Shown here piece after piece: positions 9,041 to 19,960 of a stretch of 39,832 bases of DNA. The translations under genes and the position numbers were made by a program. This DNA is from an uncultured bacterium (lineage in GTDB: Bacteria > Patescibacteriota > Minisyncoccia > Phycocordibacterales > UBA5272): contig CAIQWN010000033.1 of NCBI GenBank assembly GCA_903875555.1, positions 1-39,832 on the forward strand, written 5' to 3'. Each line of letters begins with the position of its first letter. Positions within the stretch are counted from its first letter, which is position 1. The notes under the pieces were generated by a model. It saw only the letters and a program-made list of their open reading frames with translations, did not search any database and was not told where the DNA came from.

Positions 9041-9398
9041 TGTCATTCCCGTGAAAACGGGAATCTAGGTTAGAATTAAATAATGAAAATGTATTATGTA
9101 TATTTGCTCGCAAGTGGAAGAAACGGAACTTTATATATTGGAGTTACAAATGATTTGAAAAGAAGAGTATATGAACATAAACAAAAGATTATAAAAGGAT
9201 TTACAGAAAAGTATAATGTAAATAATTTAGTTTGGTATGAACAAACAGAAGATGTAAACTCAGCAATTCAAAAAGAAAAAGAAATAAAAAAGTGGAATCG
9301 TAACTGGAAAATAGAGTTAATAGAGAAAGATAATTACGAGTGGAAAGATTTGTATGATGATTTATAGAACCTAGATTCCCGTTTTCACGGGAATGACA
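9041..9398. mobile_element. GIY-YIG gene bracketed by perfect 31-bp inverted repeats
   Basis: TGTCATTCCCGTGAAAACGGGAATCTAGGTT at 9041-9071 and its exact reverse complement at 9368-9398. Confidence 0.75.
9083..9367 (+). CDS. Small stand-alone GIY-YIG nuclease (UPF0213/COG2827-like)
   Basis: YVY...LYIGVTNDLKRRVYEH, FTEKY, conserved E, EKEIKKWNRNWK. Confidence 0.92.
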   Translation: MKMYYVYLLASGRNGTLYIGVTNDLKRRVYEHKQKIIKGFTEKYNVNNLVWYEQTEDVNSAIQKEKEIKKWNRNWKIELIEKDNYEWKDLYDDL

Positions 9399-9446
9399 AT
9401 ACAGTTTTCCACCTAAATTTAATTTTTCGTGTGTTAAAATTAAATA

Positions 9447-10043
9447 ATGAAGCCGTCTCTAAAAAAAATGAAAGCGTTTACTTTGATTGAGCTTTTGATG
9501 TCCACTTCTATATTCGTTCTAATGACAACTATTTTAATGGCAAATTATCCGAATTCTTTGGTTAGATCAAATCTATTTAATTTATCAAACAACACCGTAC
9601 TTCTCCTTCGAGAAGCACAAGTTAAAGGAAGTTCGATCGATGCACAAAGAAATGCTTTGGGTGTAGATACTGTTACTGGTTATGGTATTTATTTTGATAA
9701 AATAAATAATAAAATAATTTATTTTAATGACAAAGGAAATATGTCCAGTCCTGGAAATAAAGTTTATGACGCGGGTAACGGAGAAGCTATCTCTACTGTA
9801 AATATTGTGTCTGGATATCTCATAAATAAATTACGTATTAAAAATAACGATAGTTCAAATTCATACAGTGACACAGATTCACTAACCGTAACGTTTACAA
9901 GACCATCAGTAAAAGCTTTTTTTACCCCAATAACAAAAGAAGTTTGTGTAGAATTAACAACTAAGAAAAATCCAGCTTTAGTTAGAAGTATACAAGTTTA
10001 TAGTTTGGGGAGAATAGTTTCTGGTCCAAAAGAATGTCCATAA
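9447..10043 (+). CDS. Minor pilin (FimT/GspH-like)
   Basis: KA|FTLIELL, LREAQ helix, C-terminal GRI. Confidence 0.8.
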   Translation: MKPSLKKMKAFTLIELLMSTSIFVLMTTILMANYPNSLVRSNLFNLSNNTVLLLREAQVKGSSIDAQRNALGVDTVTGYGIYFDKINNKIIYFNDKGNMSSPGNKVYDAGNGEAISTVNIVSGYLINKLRIKNNDSSNSYSDTDSLTVTFTRPSVKAFFTPITKEVCVELTTKKNPALVRSIQVYSLGRIVSGPKECP

Positions 10044-10044
10044 T

Positions 10045-10689
10045 ATGAAAAATATATTTTTAAAAATTAAAAATACGAAATATAAAGTAAACACAAAAGG
10101 ATTTACATTAATCGAACTCCTTGTCTCTCTTAGTATTTTTTCTTTTGTTGTTGTTATGGCAATTGGAGCATTGTATTCTGCTCAAAATTATTCAGCAAAA
10201 GCACAAGGTTCACAAGTTATTTTAGATGGACTTAATTTTACAATGGAAACAATGTCTCGTGAAATAAGATATGGAACAAATTTTTATTGTGACACAAATT
10301 CTAGTATTACTCTTCCTGGTAATAGTGAAAAGAAAGATTGTTCAGATTTAAATAATTTAGGAAAAACTCTTTATTTTTTACCAAACGGTAACACAGACAG
10401 GGTTTATTATTATTTATTTAAAGATCCTTTTACTGGAAATGGGATAATTAAAAGAATGCAAATAGGTAGTAGTGGACCAGAAGACGTTACCTCTCTTGAA
10501 GATATAGATGTAGAAACATTTAGTTTTTATGTTGAAGGAGCAAAATCAACAGGTCTTTCAGATTATGATCAACCAAGAGTCACTATAATCATTGCAGGAA
10601 AGACAATACCTAATAACGTGAATATTAAACCAACAATATTTAGAATTCAAAATACAGTAACTCAAAGAGTTTTAGATACGGTTCAATAA
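10045..10689 (+). CDS. Minor pilin (PilW/GspJ-like)
   Basis: KG|FTLIELLVSL, MSREIR, QPRVTI. Confidence 0.8.
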   Translation: MKNIFLKIKNTKYKVNTKGFTLIELLVSLSIFSFVVVMAIGALYSAQNYSAKAQGSQVILDGLNFTMETMSREIRYGTNFYCDTNSSITLPGNSEKKDCSDLNNLGKTLYFLPNGNTDRVYYYLFKDPFTGNGIIKRMQIGSSGPEDVTSLEDIDVETFSFYVEGAKSTGLSDYDQPRVTIIIAGKTIPNNVNIKPTIFRIQNTVTQRVLDTVQ

Positions 10690-10702
10690 ATATATCAAAT
10701 TT

Positions 10703-11347
10703 ATGTTAAAAACTTTTACAAAAAATAAAAATCAAAAAGCTTTCACATTAGTAGAAACACTAACGGCTATGACTATTATTATTTTGGCCATACTTGGTCC
10801 ACTTACGGTGGCTGTTTATTCTTTTTCTTATGCCACAGAAACACGAGATAATATAACAGCAACATATTTGGCTGGGGAAGCGATTGAATTATTAAGATAC
10901 AAAAGAGATTCAATACATATTGATGGAACATTTAAAACTGGAAGTATTTATGCGGTAAATCCTTGGAGTAGTTTTAAAAATATATTCGGTACCCAATCAC
11001 CAGTAGGGGGATGTTATATAGATCCGACAACACATATTGGAAATGGTTGTGCTTTTGATATTTTTACTATAGATGATCCGTCACCAATAGTTGCTTGCCC
11101 ATTTTTGTATCGTAATGAAGCAGTAACTAATCCAACATATTTATATAGTTGTAATAGTGGTTTGTATAGTAGTCCTGATAACGTAAAGACATCTTTTTCA
11201 AGAAATGTAAAAATGGAAAATATTGTGCAAGTAAATAATCCAATACCAGACGAAGATGATATTCGTGTAACTTCTACTGTTACTTATAAAAAAAGTAATG
11301 GTCTTTCTAAAAATATTACTGTAATTGACTTCATACACAGAAGATAA
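10703..11347 (+). CDS. Minor pilin (PilV/GspI-like)
   Basis: KA|FTLVETL, ATYLAGEAIE. Confidence 0.8.
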   Translation: MLKTFTKNKNQKAFTLVETLTAMTIIILAILGPLTVAVYSFSYATETRDNITATYLAGEAIELLRYKRDSIHIDGTFKTGSIYAVNPWSSFKNIFGTQSPVGGCYIDPTTHIGNGCAFDIFTIDDPSPIVACPFLYRNEAVTNPTYLYSCNSGLYSSPDNVKTSFSRNVKMENIVQVNNPIPDEDDIRVTSTVTYKKSNGLSKNITVIDFIHRR

Positions 11348-11350
11348 AAT

Positions 11351-11944
11351 ATGAAAACAAAATTATTTAAAATTAAACTTATAAAAGAACAAATAAATAA
11401 GAGGGGTTTCGTGATACCTTTCTCTCTTCTCATTTCTACTATTATTTTAAGTATCTCTTTAGGGGTGTCTCTTATCTTAGTTAAAGAGATTTTCTTTTCA
11501 AAATTAAATAGTGATTCATTGCTTGCTTATTATGCTGCTGATGAAGCCCTTGATTGTGCAATATATTTAAATAATAAATACGTTACAACTGGAAGTGGTA
11601 ATAGTTATGGTCTCTTCCCACATACAAATGAGTCCGAGATTAGTAATACTCTTGGGTTACCTATATATGGTTTAAGTAAAGATAATATAGTTTGTAATAC
11701 ATCACATATTTTTACAAGTCCTAATTATAAAGGGGTTGATAGTGTTAATTGTAGTAACAATATATGTGAAACAAAATATGATATGAAAATGGATTTAGGT
11801 GACGGATCTTTTAGATGTGCAAGTGTAAAGGTTACAGCTAACCCTGATGTAAATGATCCAACAATATTTAATTATTCTTATGTTGCAACAGGATATAGTA
11901 GTTGTGATTCTAGGAATAGAATAGAAAGAAGTTTATTTAAGTAA
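11351..11944 (+). CDS. Minor pilin (PilX/GspK-like, no Glu5)
   Basis: RG|FVIPFSLL lacking E5, AYYAADEALDCA, ATGY...RIERS. Confidence 0.75.
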   Translation: MKTKLFKIKLIKEQINKRGFVIPFSLLISTIILSISLGVSLILVKEIFFSKLNSDSLLAYYAADEALDCAIYLNNKYVTTGSGNSYGLFPHTNESEISNTLGLPIYGLSKDNIVCNTSHIFTSPNYKGVDSVNCSNNICETKYDMKMDLGDGSFRCASVKVTANPDVNDPTIFNYSYVATGYSSCDSRNRIERSLFK

Positions 11945-11968
11945 TTTTCTGCTTGTTAATCGCTGTGA

Positions 11969-14092
<2,124 letters not shown>

Positions 14093-14130
14093 ATATTTTG
14101 TTTTAATCTTAAGCGAACTTTATATACTTT

Positions 14131-14205
14131 TACCGCTGTACCACTCGTTGCTACTCGCGGTATCTTCCTCGCTCTTCGCTTCGTCGAACTATCACGGAAT
14201 ATTTT
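14131..14205 (-). repeat. Duplicate of tRNA-Asn 5' end interrupted by a 47-nt GA-rich insert
   Basis: ctatcacggaatatttt at 14083-14099 and 14189-14205; taccgctg at 14073-14080 and 14131-14138. Confidence 0.7.
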
Positions 14206-14235
14206 AGTTTTTATTTTAAAAAACAGTTACTACAT

Positions 14236-14282
14236 AATACACAGAAAATAACACCTTTGCAAGGTGTTATTTTCTGTGTATT
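14236..14282. terminator. 22-bp perfect hairpin downstream of the 14509 gene
   Basis: aatacacagaaaataacacctt-TGC-aaggtgttattttctgtgtatt. Confidence 0.7.
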
Positions 14283-14509
14283 TAATTTTTTGGTTTATAT
14301 GCATTTGCGAGACCGATGAGTAGTGCAAATACAGATATTGTTAATGCTTCTAGCTCATATCCACCTAAGAAAGTGAATGTTTGATTTATATACCAACGTA
14401 CATAAGTTTGTCCTGCAATTAAAACTAAAATAATAATTGAAGATATAATCGCTATTGTTAATGAAAATCTGTAAACAGTTTTTTCGTGTTTTTCTAAATT
14501 TTTATTCAT
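14282..14509 (-). CDS. Small two-TM hypothetical protein
   Basis: Two hydrophobic helices; ATG 14509 lies 8 nt after TGTTAAAAT on the minus strand. Confidence 0.7.
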   Translation of the reverse strand: MNKNLEKHEKTVYRFSLTIAIISSIIILVLIAGQTYVRWYINQTFTFLGGYELEALTISVFALLIGLANAYKPKN

Positions 14510-14611
14510 ATTATGTAATTTTAACACAGTATTTGTAAGTCTTTAGTTATTGTGGTGGATAAGTATATTGTTGTGTTATACTTAAATATATCAAGTAATT
14601 AAATTAAATAT

Positions 14612-14968
14612 ATGCACATAACAATAACTGGGGTTCATATTGAAATTACAGAAGCAATTAAATCTTATACGGAAGAAAAAGTTAGTAATCTTGAAAAATA
14701 TATCGGAAACAGAAACACAAAAGTGGATGTATTTTTGTCAAAGACTACAGAACATCATAATCATGGAGACATTTTTAAAGCAGAGGCTAATATGCATATT
14801 GATGGCAAAGCTCTTTCTGCAAAAACAACAGAAGACGATCTATATAAAGCTATTGATGGGTTAAAAGATATACTTGCCAGAGAATTAACTCATCATAAAG
14901 ATAAAAAGATTTCTGTTTTTAGAAGAGGCGCACACAAAATTAAAAATTTATTAAAAAGAGGTAATTAA
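14612..14968 (+). CDS. raiA: Ribosome hibernation factor (short HPF/RaiA)
   Basis: MHITITG..IEITEAIKSY..EK, DLYKAID. Confidence 0.92.
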   Translation: MHITITGVHIEITEAIKSYTEEKVSNLEKYIGNRNTKVDVFLSKTTEHHNHGDIFKAEANMHIDGKALSAKTTEDDLYKAIDGLKDILARELTHHKDKKISVFRRGAHKIKNLLKRGN

Positions 14969-14974
14969 ATAGTT

Positions 14975-15748
14975 ATGTATAACGAGTCAAAATCAATTTA
15001 TATCATCGTTGCATTTTTTATAGTAGTTCTAAGTGTTTCTGCATTTTTTTTGCAAGATAAAGTTGGAAATAAAACAAATACACCTGTTGCAGAAGAAGTG
15101 AAAGAAGCAACAAGTACTAATGTGTCAACGATCTCAAAAATTTTTAGTACAAAAACAGTGACAACTAAAATAAAAAGTACAACAATATTAACAGACAAAG
15201 CAAGTACAACATTAGCAACAACACAAATAACATCTATGAATGGAGAAAAGATAGAAATACCAGCAAACGTAAGTGGGGCAATATTAAAAACAAATTTAGG
15301 TGATATTGAAATTCAATTTTTAGATGCAACACCAAACACTGTTACAAATTTTATTTCCCTAGCAGCTTCAAAGTTTTACGATGGAGTTCGTTTTCATAGA
15401 GTTATCAGAGATTTTATGATTCAAACAGGCGATCCACTTTCAAAAGATATAAACAAAAAAATATATTGGGGAACTGGCGGACCAGGATATAAATTTCCTG
15501 ATGAAATAAGTGGCAAAGAAGAATATACTCAGGGGATAGTGGCCATGGCGAACTCAGGACCTAATACAAACGGTAGTCAATTCTTTATTATTACTGCTTA
15601 TCCTGGTTATCCGCTTCCTGTAAGTTATACTGTATTCGGTAAAGTTGTAAAAGGTATCGACACAGCTCTTAATATACAAAATGTAAAAACAGATAATGCA
15701 GATAGACCAATTACTGATGTAATATTGAAGGAGGTGATATTGAAATAA
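14975..15748 (+). CDS. Membrane-anchored cyclophilin-type PPIase
   Basis: N-terminal TM, Thr-rich linker, FYDGVRFHRVI..FMIQTGDP, MANSGPNTNGSQFFI. Confidence 0.95.
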   Translation: MYNESKSIYIIVAFFIVVLSVSAFFLQDKVGNKTNTPVAEEVKEATSTNVSTISKIFSTKTVTTKIKSTTILTDKASTTLATTQITSMNGEKIEIPANVSGAILKTNLGDIEIQFLDATPNTVTNFISLAASKFYDGVRFHRVIRDFMIQTGDPLSKDINKKIYWGTGGPGYKFPDEISGKEEYTQGIVAMANSGPNTNGSQFFIITAYPGYPLPVSYTVFGKVVKGIDTALNIQNVKTDNADRPITDVILKEVILK

Positions 15749-15791
15749 TAGTTTAGTAATTAGCCACTAGGGTATAGTTAATAGTAGATCC

Positions 15792-15836
15792 AAATTCAAT
15801 ACAGGGTTTCGCTTTGCGAAACCCTGTATTGAATTT
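15792..15836. terminator. 21-bp perfect hairpin between convergent genes, same family as 7401-7443
   Basis: aaattcaatacagggtttcgc-TTT-gcgaaaccctgtattgaattt. Confidence 0.75.
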
Positions 15837-15871
15837 TAGTTTCTTAGTCCCTAAAATCTATCACCTAAAAT

Positions 15872-16747
15872 CTAGTTAATATATCCTCTTTTAAAACTCT
15901 CGAAATTTATTTCCTTTTTCCCTTCTGGGATTACAGATAAAATAATTTTTTCTGATGTGTCATTGTTTTCTATTTCCGAAACAAGATCTATTTTTGTAAT
16001 TTTTACTCTCAAGTTTCTTTCATTGTGTTTAATAAAAAAATAAAGTAGAGGCCAAGGTGATAGTGCACGGAATTTATTTCTTACAATTAGTGCGTTGTCT
16101 TCTAATTTAATTTCTCCTAATTCTTTTCCTATTATTTTACAGAATGTTGCTTTCGAATGATCTTGTTCTTTTGGAATAAGTGTTCCATCAATAAAATGAG
16201 GAATTATTTGAGTCAGAAGTTCACCACCTAGTTGCCCGCAAGTTACTTTAAGTGTGCCTGCTGTTGCTTCCTTGTCGATTAAAAATTTTGTTTGTGCAAG
16301 AATTGGTCCATGATCCATTTCTTTATCTAATTTCATTATTGAAATTCCTACTTCTTTTTCTCCATCAAGTAAAGCACTTTCAATAGGGGAAGGTCCACGA
16401 TATTTTGGAAGTAGTGATGGGTGAACATTTAGTGTTCCATGTTTTGCTAAATTTAAAATTTCTTCTGGAATTATTTTCCCATATGAGGCAACGATAAATA
16501 GATCATATACATTAGGTCTTAAACTGTTAGAAAATTCAGAATCTAATTTTATTGGTTGTAATACAGGAATATTTTTCATTTCACACCAGGTCTTGATATG
16601 TGGTGCAATAAGTTCCATATGACGACCCTGTTTTGAATCAGGTTTTGTCACTAAAAGTTTTGGTATATAGCCGGCACGTACAAGTGAAGCAAGTACAGAT
16701 TCTGCAAGCGGCCCTGTTCCAAAAAAAGCAAAAGAAATATTATTCAT
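15872..16747 (-). CDS. fmt: Methionyl-tRNA formyltransferase
   Basis: FFGT, VASYGKIIP, NVHPSLLPKYRGPSP, MDHGPI, PWP. Confidence 0.97.
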   Translation of the reverse strand: MNNISFAFFGTGPLAESVLASLVRAGYIPKLLVTKPDSKQGRHMELIAPHIKTWCEMKNIPVLQPIKLDSEFSNSLRPNVYDLFIVASYGKIIPEEILNLAKHGTLNVHPSLLPKYRGPSPIESALLDGEKEVGISIMKLDKEMDHGPILAQTKFLIDKEATAGTLKVTCGQLGGELLTQIIPHFIDGTLIPKEQDHSKATFCKIIGKELGEIKLEDNALIVRNKFRALSPWPLLYFFIKHNERNLRVKITKIDLVSEIENNDTSEKIILSVIPEGKKEINFESFKRGYIN

Positions 16748-16749
16748 AA

Positions 16750-17292
16750 TTATTTTTTGTCTGTCTTGTTAGCCTCTCTAATTTCTTCTTCTGTAAATTC
16801 TTCGAAATCAAAACCAATATCAGTAAAAAGTACACCATCTAAGTGATCCATTTCGTGTTGAAAGATGTGAGCGATAAGACTAGATGCTCCATAGGAAAAT
16901 TTATTTCCATTTTCGTCGTAAGCCTCAATGGTTACATTCGTTGCTCTTTCTGTCTTTCCATATATCCAACGAACAGATAGGCATCCTTCTTGAACGATAG
17001 CTTTCTTTTTTGAAGCTTTTGTTATTTTTGGATTTATAAAAACCAAAGGTTTCCATTTTGCGTCAGTAGGGTACGATTTTTCTGCAACAACGAAGATGCG
17101 TTTATCAATTCCGATTTGCGGAGCAGCGATAGCCACACCATCATCTTCTTTAATGAGAGCTTTCTTCATTGCAGAGATTATTTCTTTCAGTTCTTTGTTT
17201 CCGAATTCATTCTTTTTAATATCACGAGAAATAATACGGAGAGGGTTATCTTTTTTATCATCGATCTGAACTATTTTATTTGAGACAGTCAT
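16750..17292 (-). CDS. def: Peptide deformylase
   Basis: GVAIAAPQIG, EGCLS, QHEMDHL. Confidence 0.97.
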   Translation of the reverse strand: MTVSNKIVQIDDKKDNPLRIISRDIKKNEFGNKELKEIISAMKKALIKEDDGVAIAAPQIGIDKRIFVVAEKSYPTDAKWKPLVFINPKITKASKKKAIVQEGCLSVRWIYGKTERATNVTIEAYDENGNKFSYGASSLIAHIFQHEMDHLDGVLFTDIGFDFEEFTEEEIREANKTDKK

Positions 17293-17306
17293 ATCTATAA
17301 TCTATC

Positions 17307-18084
17307 AATAAAAAACATAAAACACAAGGAAGTCAATGGTTTAAATATGAATGATTTACAAAATATCTGGTATGTTGTAGTGTATTAATTGAGGTTTTTA
17401 TTTTTTGGAGGACGTTATGTATATAGACTTATCTGATATGGATACATTCAACTCCTTGCCAATAGACGACAGTGTTCTTTGCGATAGGGTTGTTGAATAT
17501 TTACAAAAGTATCATTTGATTAAGGGTGACGCAACTAACTGTTCTACTCTTGCAAGATTTTTGTTTGATGGTAAGTTCGTAGAATGTTCATCTGGTAATG
17601 AATATTTTTCTTTTGAAGAAAGTTTTGTTTTTTATTCTAATCAAGAAATAAACACAGGAGACACTATATGTTTTTTATTTCACAGAAGAATTGTAAATGA
17701 TCACGAAGATATTATTACAAGGCTTTATCTTGAGATGAAAGATTCCCTCGCTAAACATTTGTTTTGTGGTGGTGGTTCTGTTTTAGTTTCTTCGTCTGAT
17801 ATAAGAACAGCTTTTAAAAATTCTCAATATGACGAGTTTCATCTTGTTGTGTGTTTGGATGGTGAGAAGAAAATGTTTATTCACCAAGATGGAATTGACG
17901 GCACGTGTTCTATTTTTACATTGAAAGATGTAAGTGGTTTTTCAAAAATCCCAGCAACTATATTATTAAGGAGGAAAAAATAAAAGACGATGTTTTTCGC
18001 AAGGTGCCACGAAGTAAATATTTATTGCGTGGCACTTATCATTTTTGTAATAAAAAACATAAAACACAAGGAAGTCAATGGTTT
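17307..18084. mobile_element. Single-gene insertion bounded by a perfect 36-bp direct repeat
   Basis: AATAAAAAACATAAAACACAAGGAAGTCAATGGTTT at 17307-17342 and 18049-18084. Confidence 0.7.
17417..17983 (+). CDS. ORFan, possible divergent NlpC/P60-like Cys-His hydrolase
   Basis: GGAGGA SD; NCS...GDTICF...FHLVVCL...FIHQ; terminator at about 18004-18035. Confidence 0.5.
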   Translation: MYIDLSDMDTFNSLPIDDSVLCDRVVEYLQKYHLIKGDATNCSTLARFLFDGKFVECSSGNEYFSFEESFVFYSNQEINTGDTICFLFHRRIVNDHEDIITRLYLEMKDSLAKHLFCGGGSVLVSSSDIRTAFKNSQYDEFHLVVCLDGEKKMFIHQDGIDGTCSIFTLKDVSGFSKIPATILLRRKK

Positions 18085-18119
18085 TAAGTTGATTGCCATG
18101 GTGTTATAATGCGCTCACT

Positions 18120-19133
18120 ATGAGTTTTTTCTCTAAAAAAATTGGTATAGATTTGGGGACGGCAAATACTTTAGTTTTTGTTCCAGGAAAAGGAATTGTT
18201 CTTATTGAACCTTCTGTGGTGGCTGTTTCTCAAACAGAAAATAAAATATTAGCTGTTGGAAGTGAGGCGAAAGATATGATTGGAAAAACCCCTGATTCAA
18301 TTATTGCTTATCGTCCAATGCGTGACGGAGTGATCGCGGATTATCGTGTCACAGAAGCCATGCTTCGTTATTATATAAATAAGGCACTGGGCTCTTATAA
18401 TTTTTGGAAGCCGGATGTGATGATTTCTGTGCCTGCGGGTGTGACAGGAACAGAACGTCGTGCCGTTATTGAAGCTGCTATAAACGCCGGAGCAAAAAAT
18501 GCTTATGTTGTAAAAGAACCAATACTTGCAGCTATTGGTGCAGGTATTCCTATTCATGAAGCAAAAGGAAGAATGATTGTAGATATTGGAGGAGGAACAA
18601 CTGATGTGGCCGTAATTTCTCTTGGTGGTATTGTTTGTTCTACATCTGTTAAATGTGCTGGGGATAAAATTGATCAAGCGATAATTGATTATATAAAAAA
18701 GACTTATAATCTTGCAATTGGAGATCAGACAGCTGAAGAAATAAAAATAAAAATTGGATCAGCTCTTCCTATTGAAGAAGAACTTGTAATGAAAGTAAAA
18801 GGTAGAGATTTTATTGCTGGACTTCCAAGAACTGTTGAGATAAGAACAAATGAGATTGTAAAAGCTATAGATAAAGAATTACGTTTAATGGTTAAAGCAA
18901 TTAAGGATGTTCTTCAAGAAACCCCACCGGAACTTGCTAGTGATATTATTGATAATGGAATAATTATGTCAGGTGGATCATCAATGCTTGCCAATCTTCC
19001 AGATTTAGTTGAGAGAAGAACTGGTGTAAAGGCAGTACTTGCTCCTGATGCATTTTATTGTGTTGTTAAGGGAACTGGAGTTGCACTCGAACATTTGGAT
19101 ACGTACAAAAAATCTATCTTCACAAAACGCTAA
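18120..19133 (+). CDS. mreB: MreB/Mbl actin-like protein (paralog 1)
   Basis: IGIDLGTAN, EPSVVA, VDIGGGTT, GGSSML; ATG 18120 after TGTTATAAT. Confidence 0.95.
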   Translation: MSFFSKKIGIDLGTANTLVFVPGKGIVLIEPSVVAVSQTENKILAVGSEAKDMIGKTPDSIIAYRPMRDGVIADYRVTEAMLRYYINKALGSYNFWKPDVMISVPAGVTGTERRAVIEAAINAGAKNAYVVKEPILAAIGAGIPIHEAKGRMIVDIGGGTTDVAVISLGGIVCSTSVKCAGDKIDQAIIDYIKKTYNLAIGDQTAEEIKIKIGSALPIEEELVMKVKGRDFIAGLPRTVEIRTNEIVKAIDKELRLMVKAIKDVLQETPPELASDIIDNGIIMSGGSSMLANLPDLVERRTGVKAVLAPDAFYCVVKGTGVALEHLDTYKKSIFTKR

Positions 19134-19136
19134 TAA

Positions 19137-19247
19137 GGGTGTCATTCCCGCGAAAGCGGGAATCCAGTGTTAAGAATTTTAAATTTGTAATTTTTTAATG
19201 AAATACAAAATGAAACCTAGATTCCCGCTTTCGCGGGAATGACACCC
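19137..19247. mobile_element. Non-coding MITE-like derivative of the GIY-YIG element
   Basis: GGGTGTCATTCCCGCGAAAGCGGGAATCCAG at 19137-19167 and inverted copy at 19217-19247 (30/31), 49-nt AT-rich core. Confidence 0.75.
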
Positions 19248-19395
19248 AAAATAGTGACACAAAAATAATTTTCTGACAACAACATTTTTTAATGCTTTGT
19301 GAACTGTTTTTAAATTTTTGTTTAAGATAAACTTTCGATTAAAGTAGTTTTCGTAATTTACAGCAGTTCGTTAATTAATTATTTGGGAGATCGTC

Positions 19396-19902
19396 ATGGC
19401 AAAGATACAAGAGTTTCAAGCGCCTAAAGATGATCTCTTTGGGTTTGATAGCAAGACAGTGAGTGTTGTTCCTGTTAGTGAAATGTTTTATGGAAAAGTA
19501 GTTGATGAAGTAATTAAAAATTATCAATCATTAATTAAAAAAATAACTGTCGACGTTGTCACAAAATATTCCATTTTATCTGGAGTGATTTTTGTTCGCA
19601 GGGGAAAGAATAGTTTTGCTTTTTATGTTCATGTTGAAACAATAAGTAAAGAAGGTATTGTAAAGTTTTCTTTCACCACTAATCGTCTTTATGGTGAGAC
19701 ATTAAGATTAAATGAATGCCTATCTTTTGTTTTACAAGAATGTGGTTTGTGTGATTTACACCAACCTCTTTCCATACACAATGGACATCTTTCTGGTTTT
19801 ATTAATATATCTGACGCTGTTTATATTCAGGAGTCAGAAAAAAGTATTGGTATGTATTATTTGAAGGATGAGATAAGTACAAAGCAAGAAGGTTTGTTTT
19901 AG
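19396..19902 (+). CDS. Hypothetical protein (SD-led ORFan)
   Basis: GGGAG 6 nt before ATG; hairpin agagtgtgg/ccacactct right after the stop. Confidence 0.7.
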   Translation: MAKIQEFQAPKDDLFGFDSKTVSVVPVSEMFYGKVVDEVIKNYQSLIKKITVDVVTKYSILSGVIFVRRGKNSFAFYVHVETISKEGIVKFSFTTNRLYGETLRLNECLSFVLQECGLCDLHQPLSIHNGHLSGFINISDAVYIQESEKSIGMYYLKDEISTKQEGLF

Positions 19903-19960
19903 AGTGTGGTTCGATATTATGTGTCGTCCACACTCTGTTTGTTTTTGTTATACTTAAAAA

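Noticed and set aside
17307-18084. 36-bp repeats as a CRISPR array
   Set aside because: Only two copies about 700 bp apart enclosing a gene, and no cas genes in the window.
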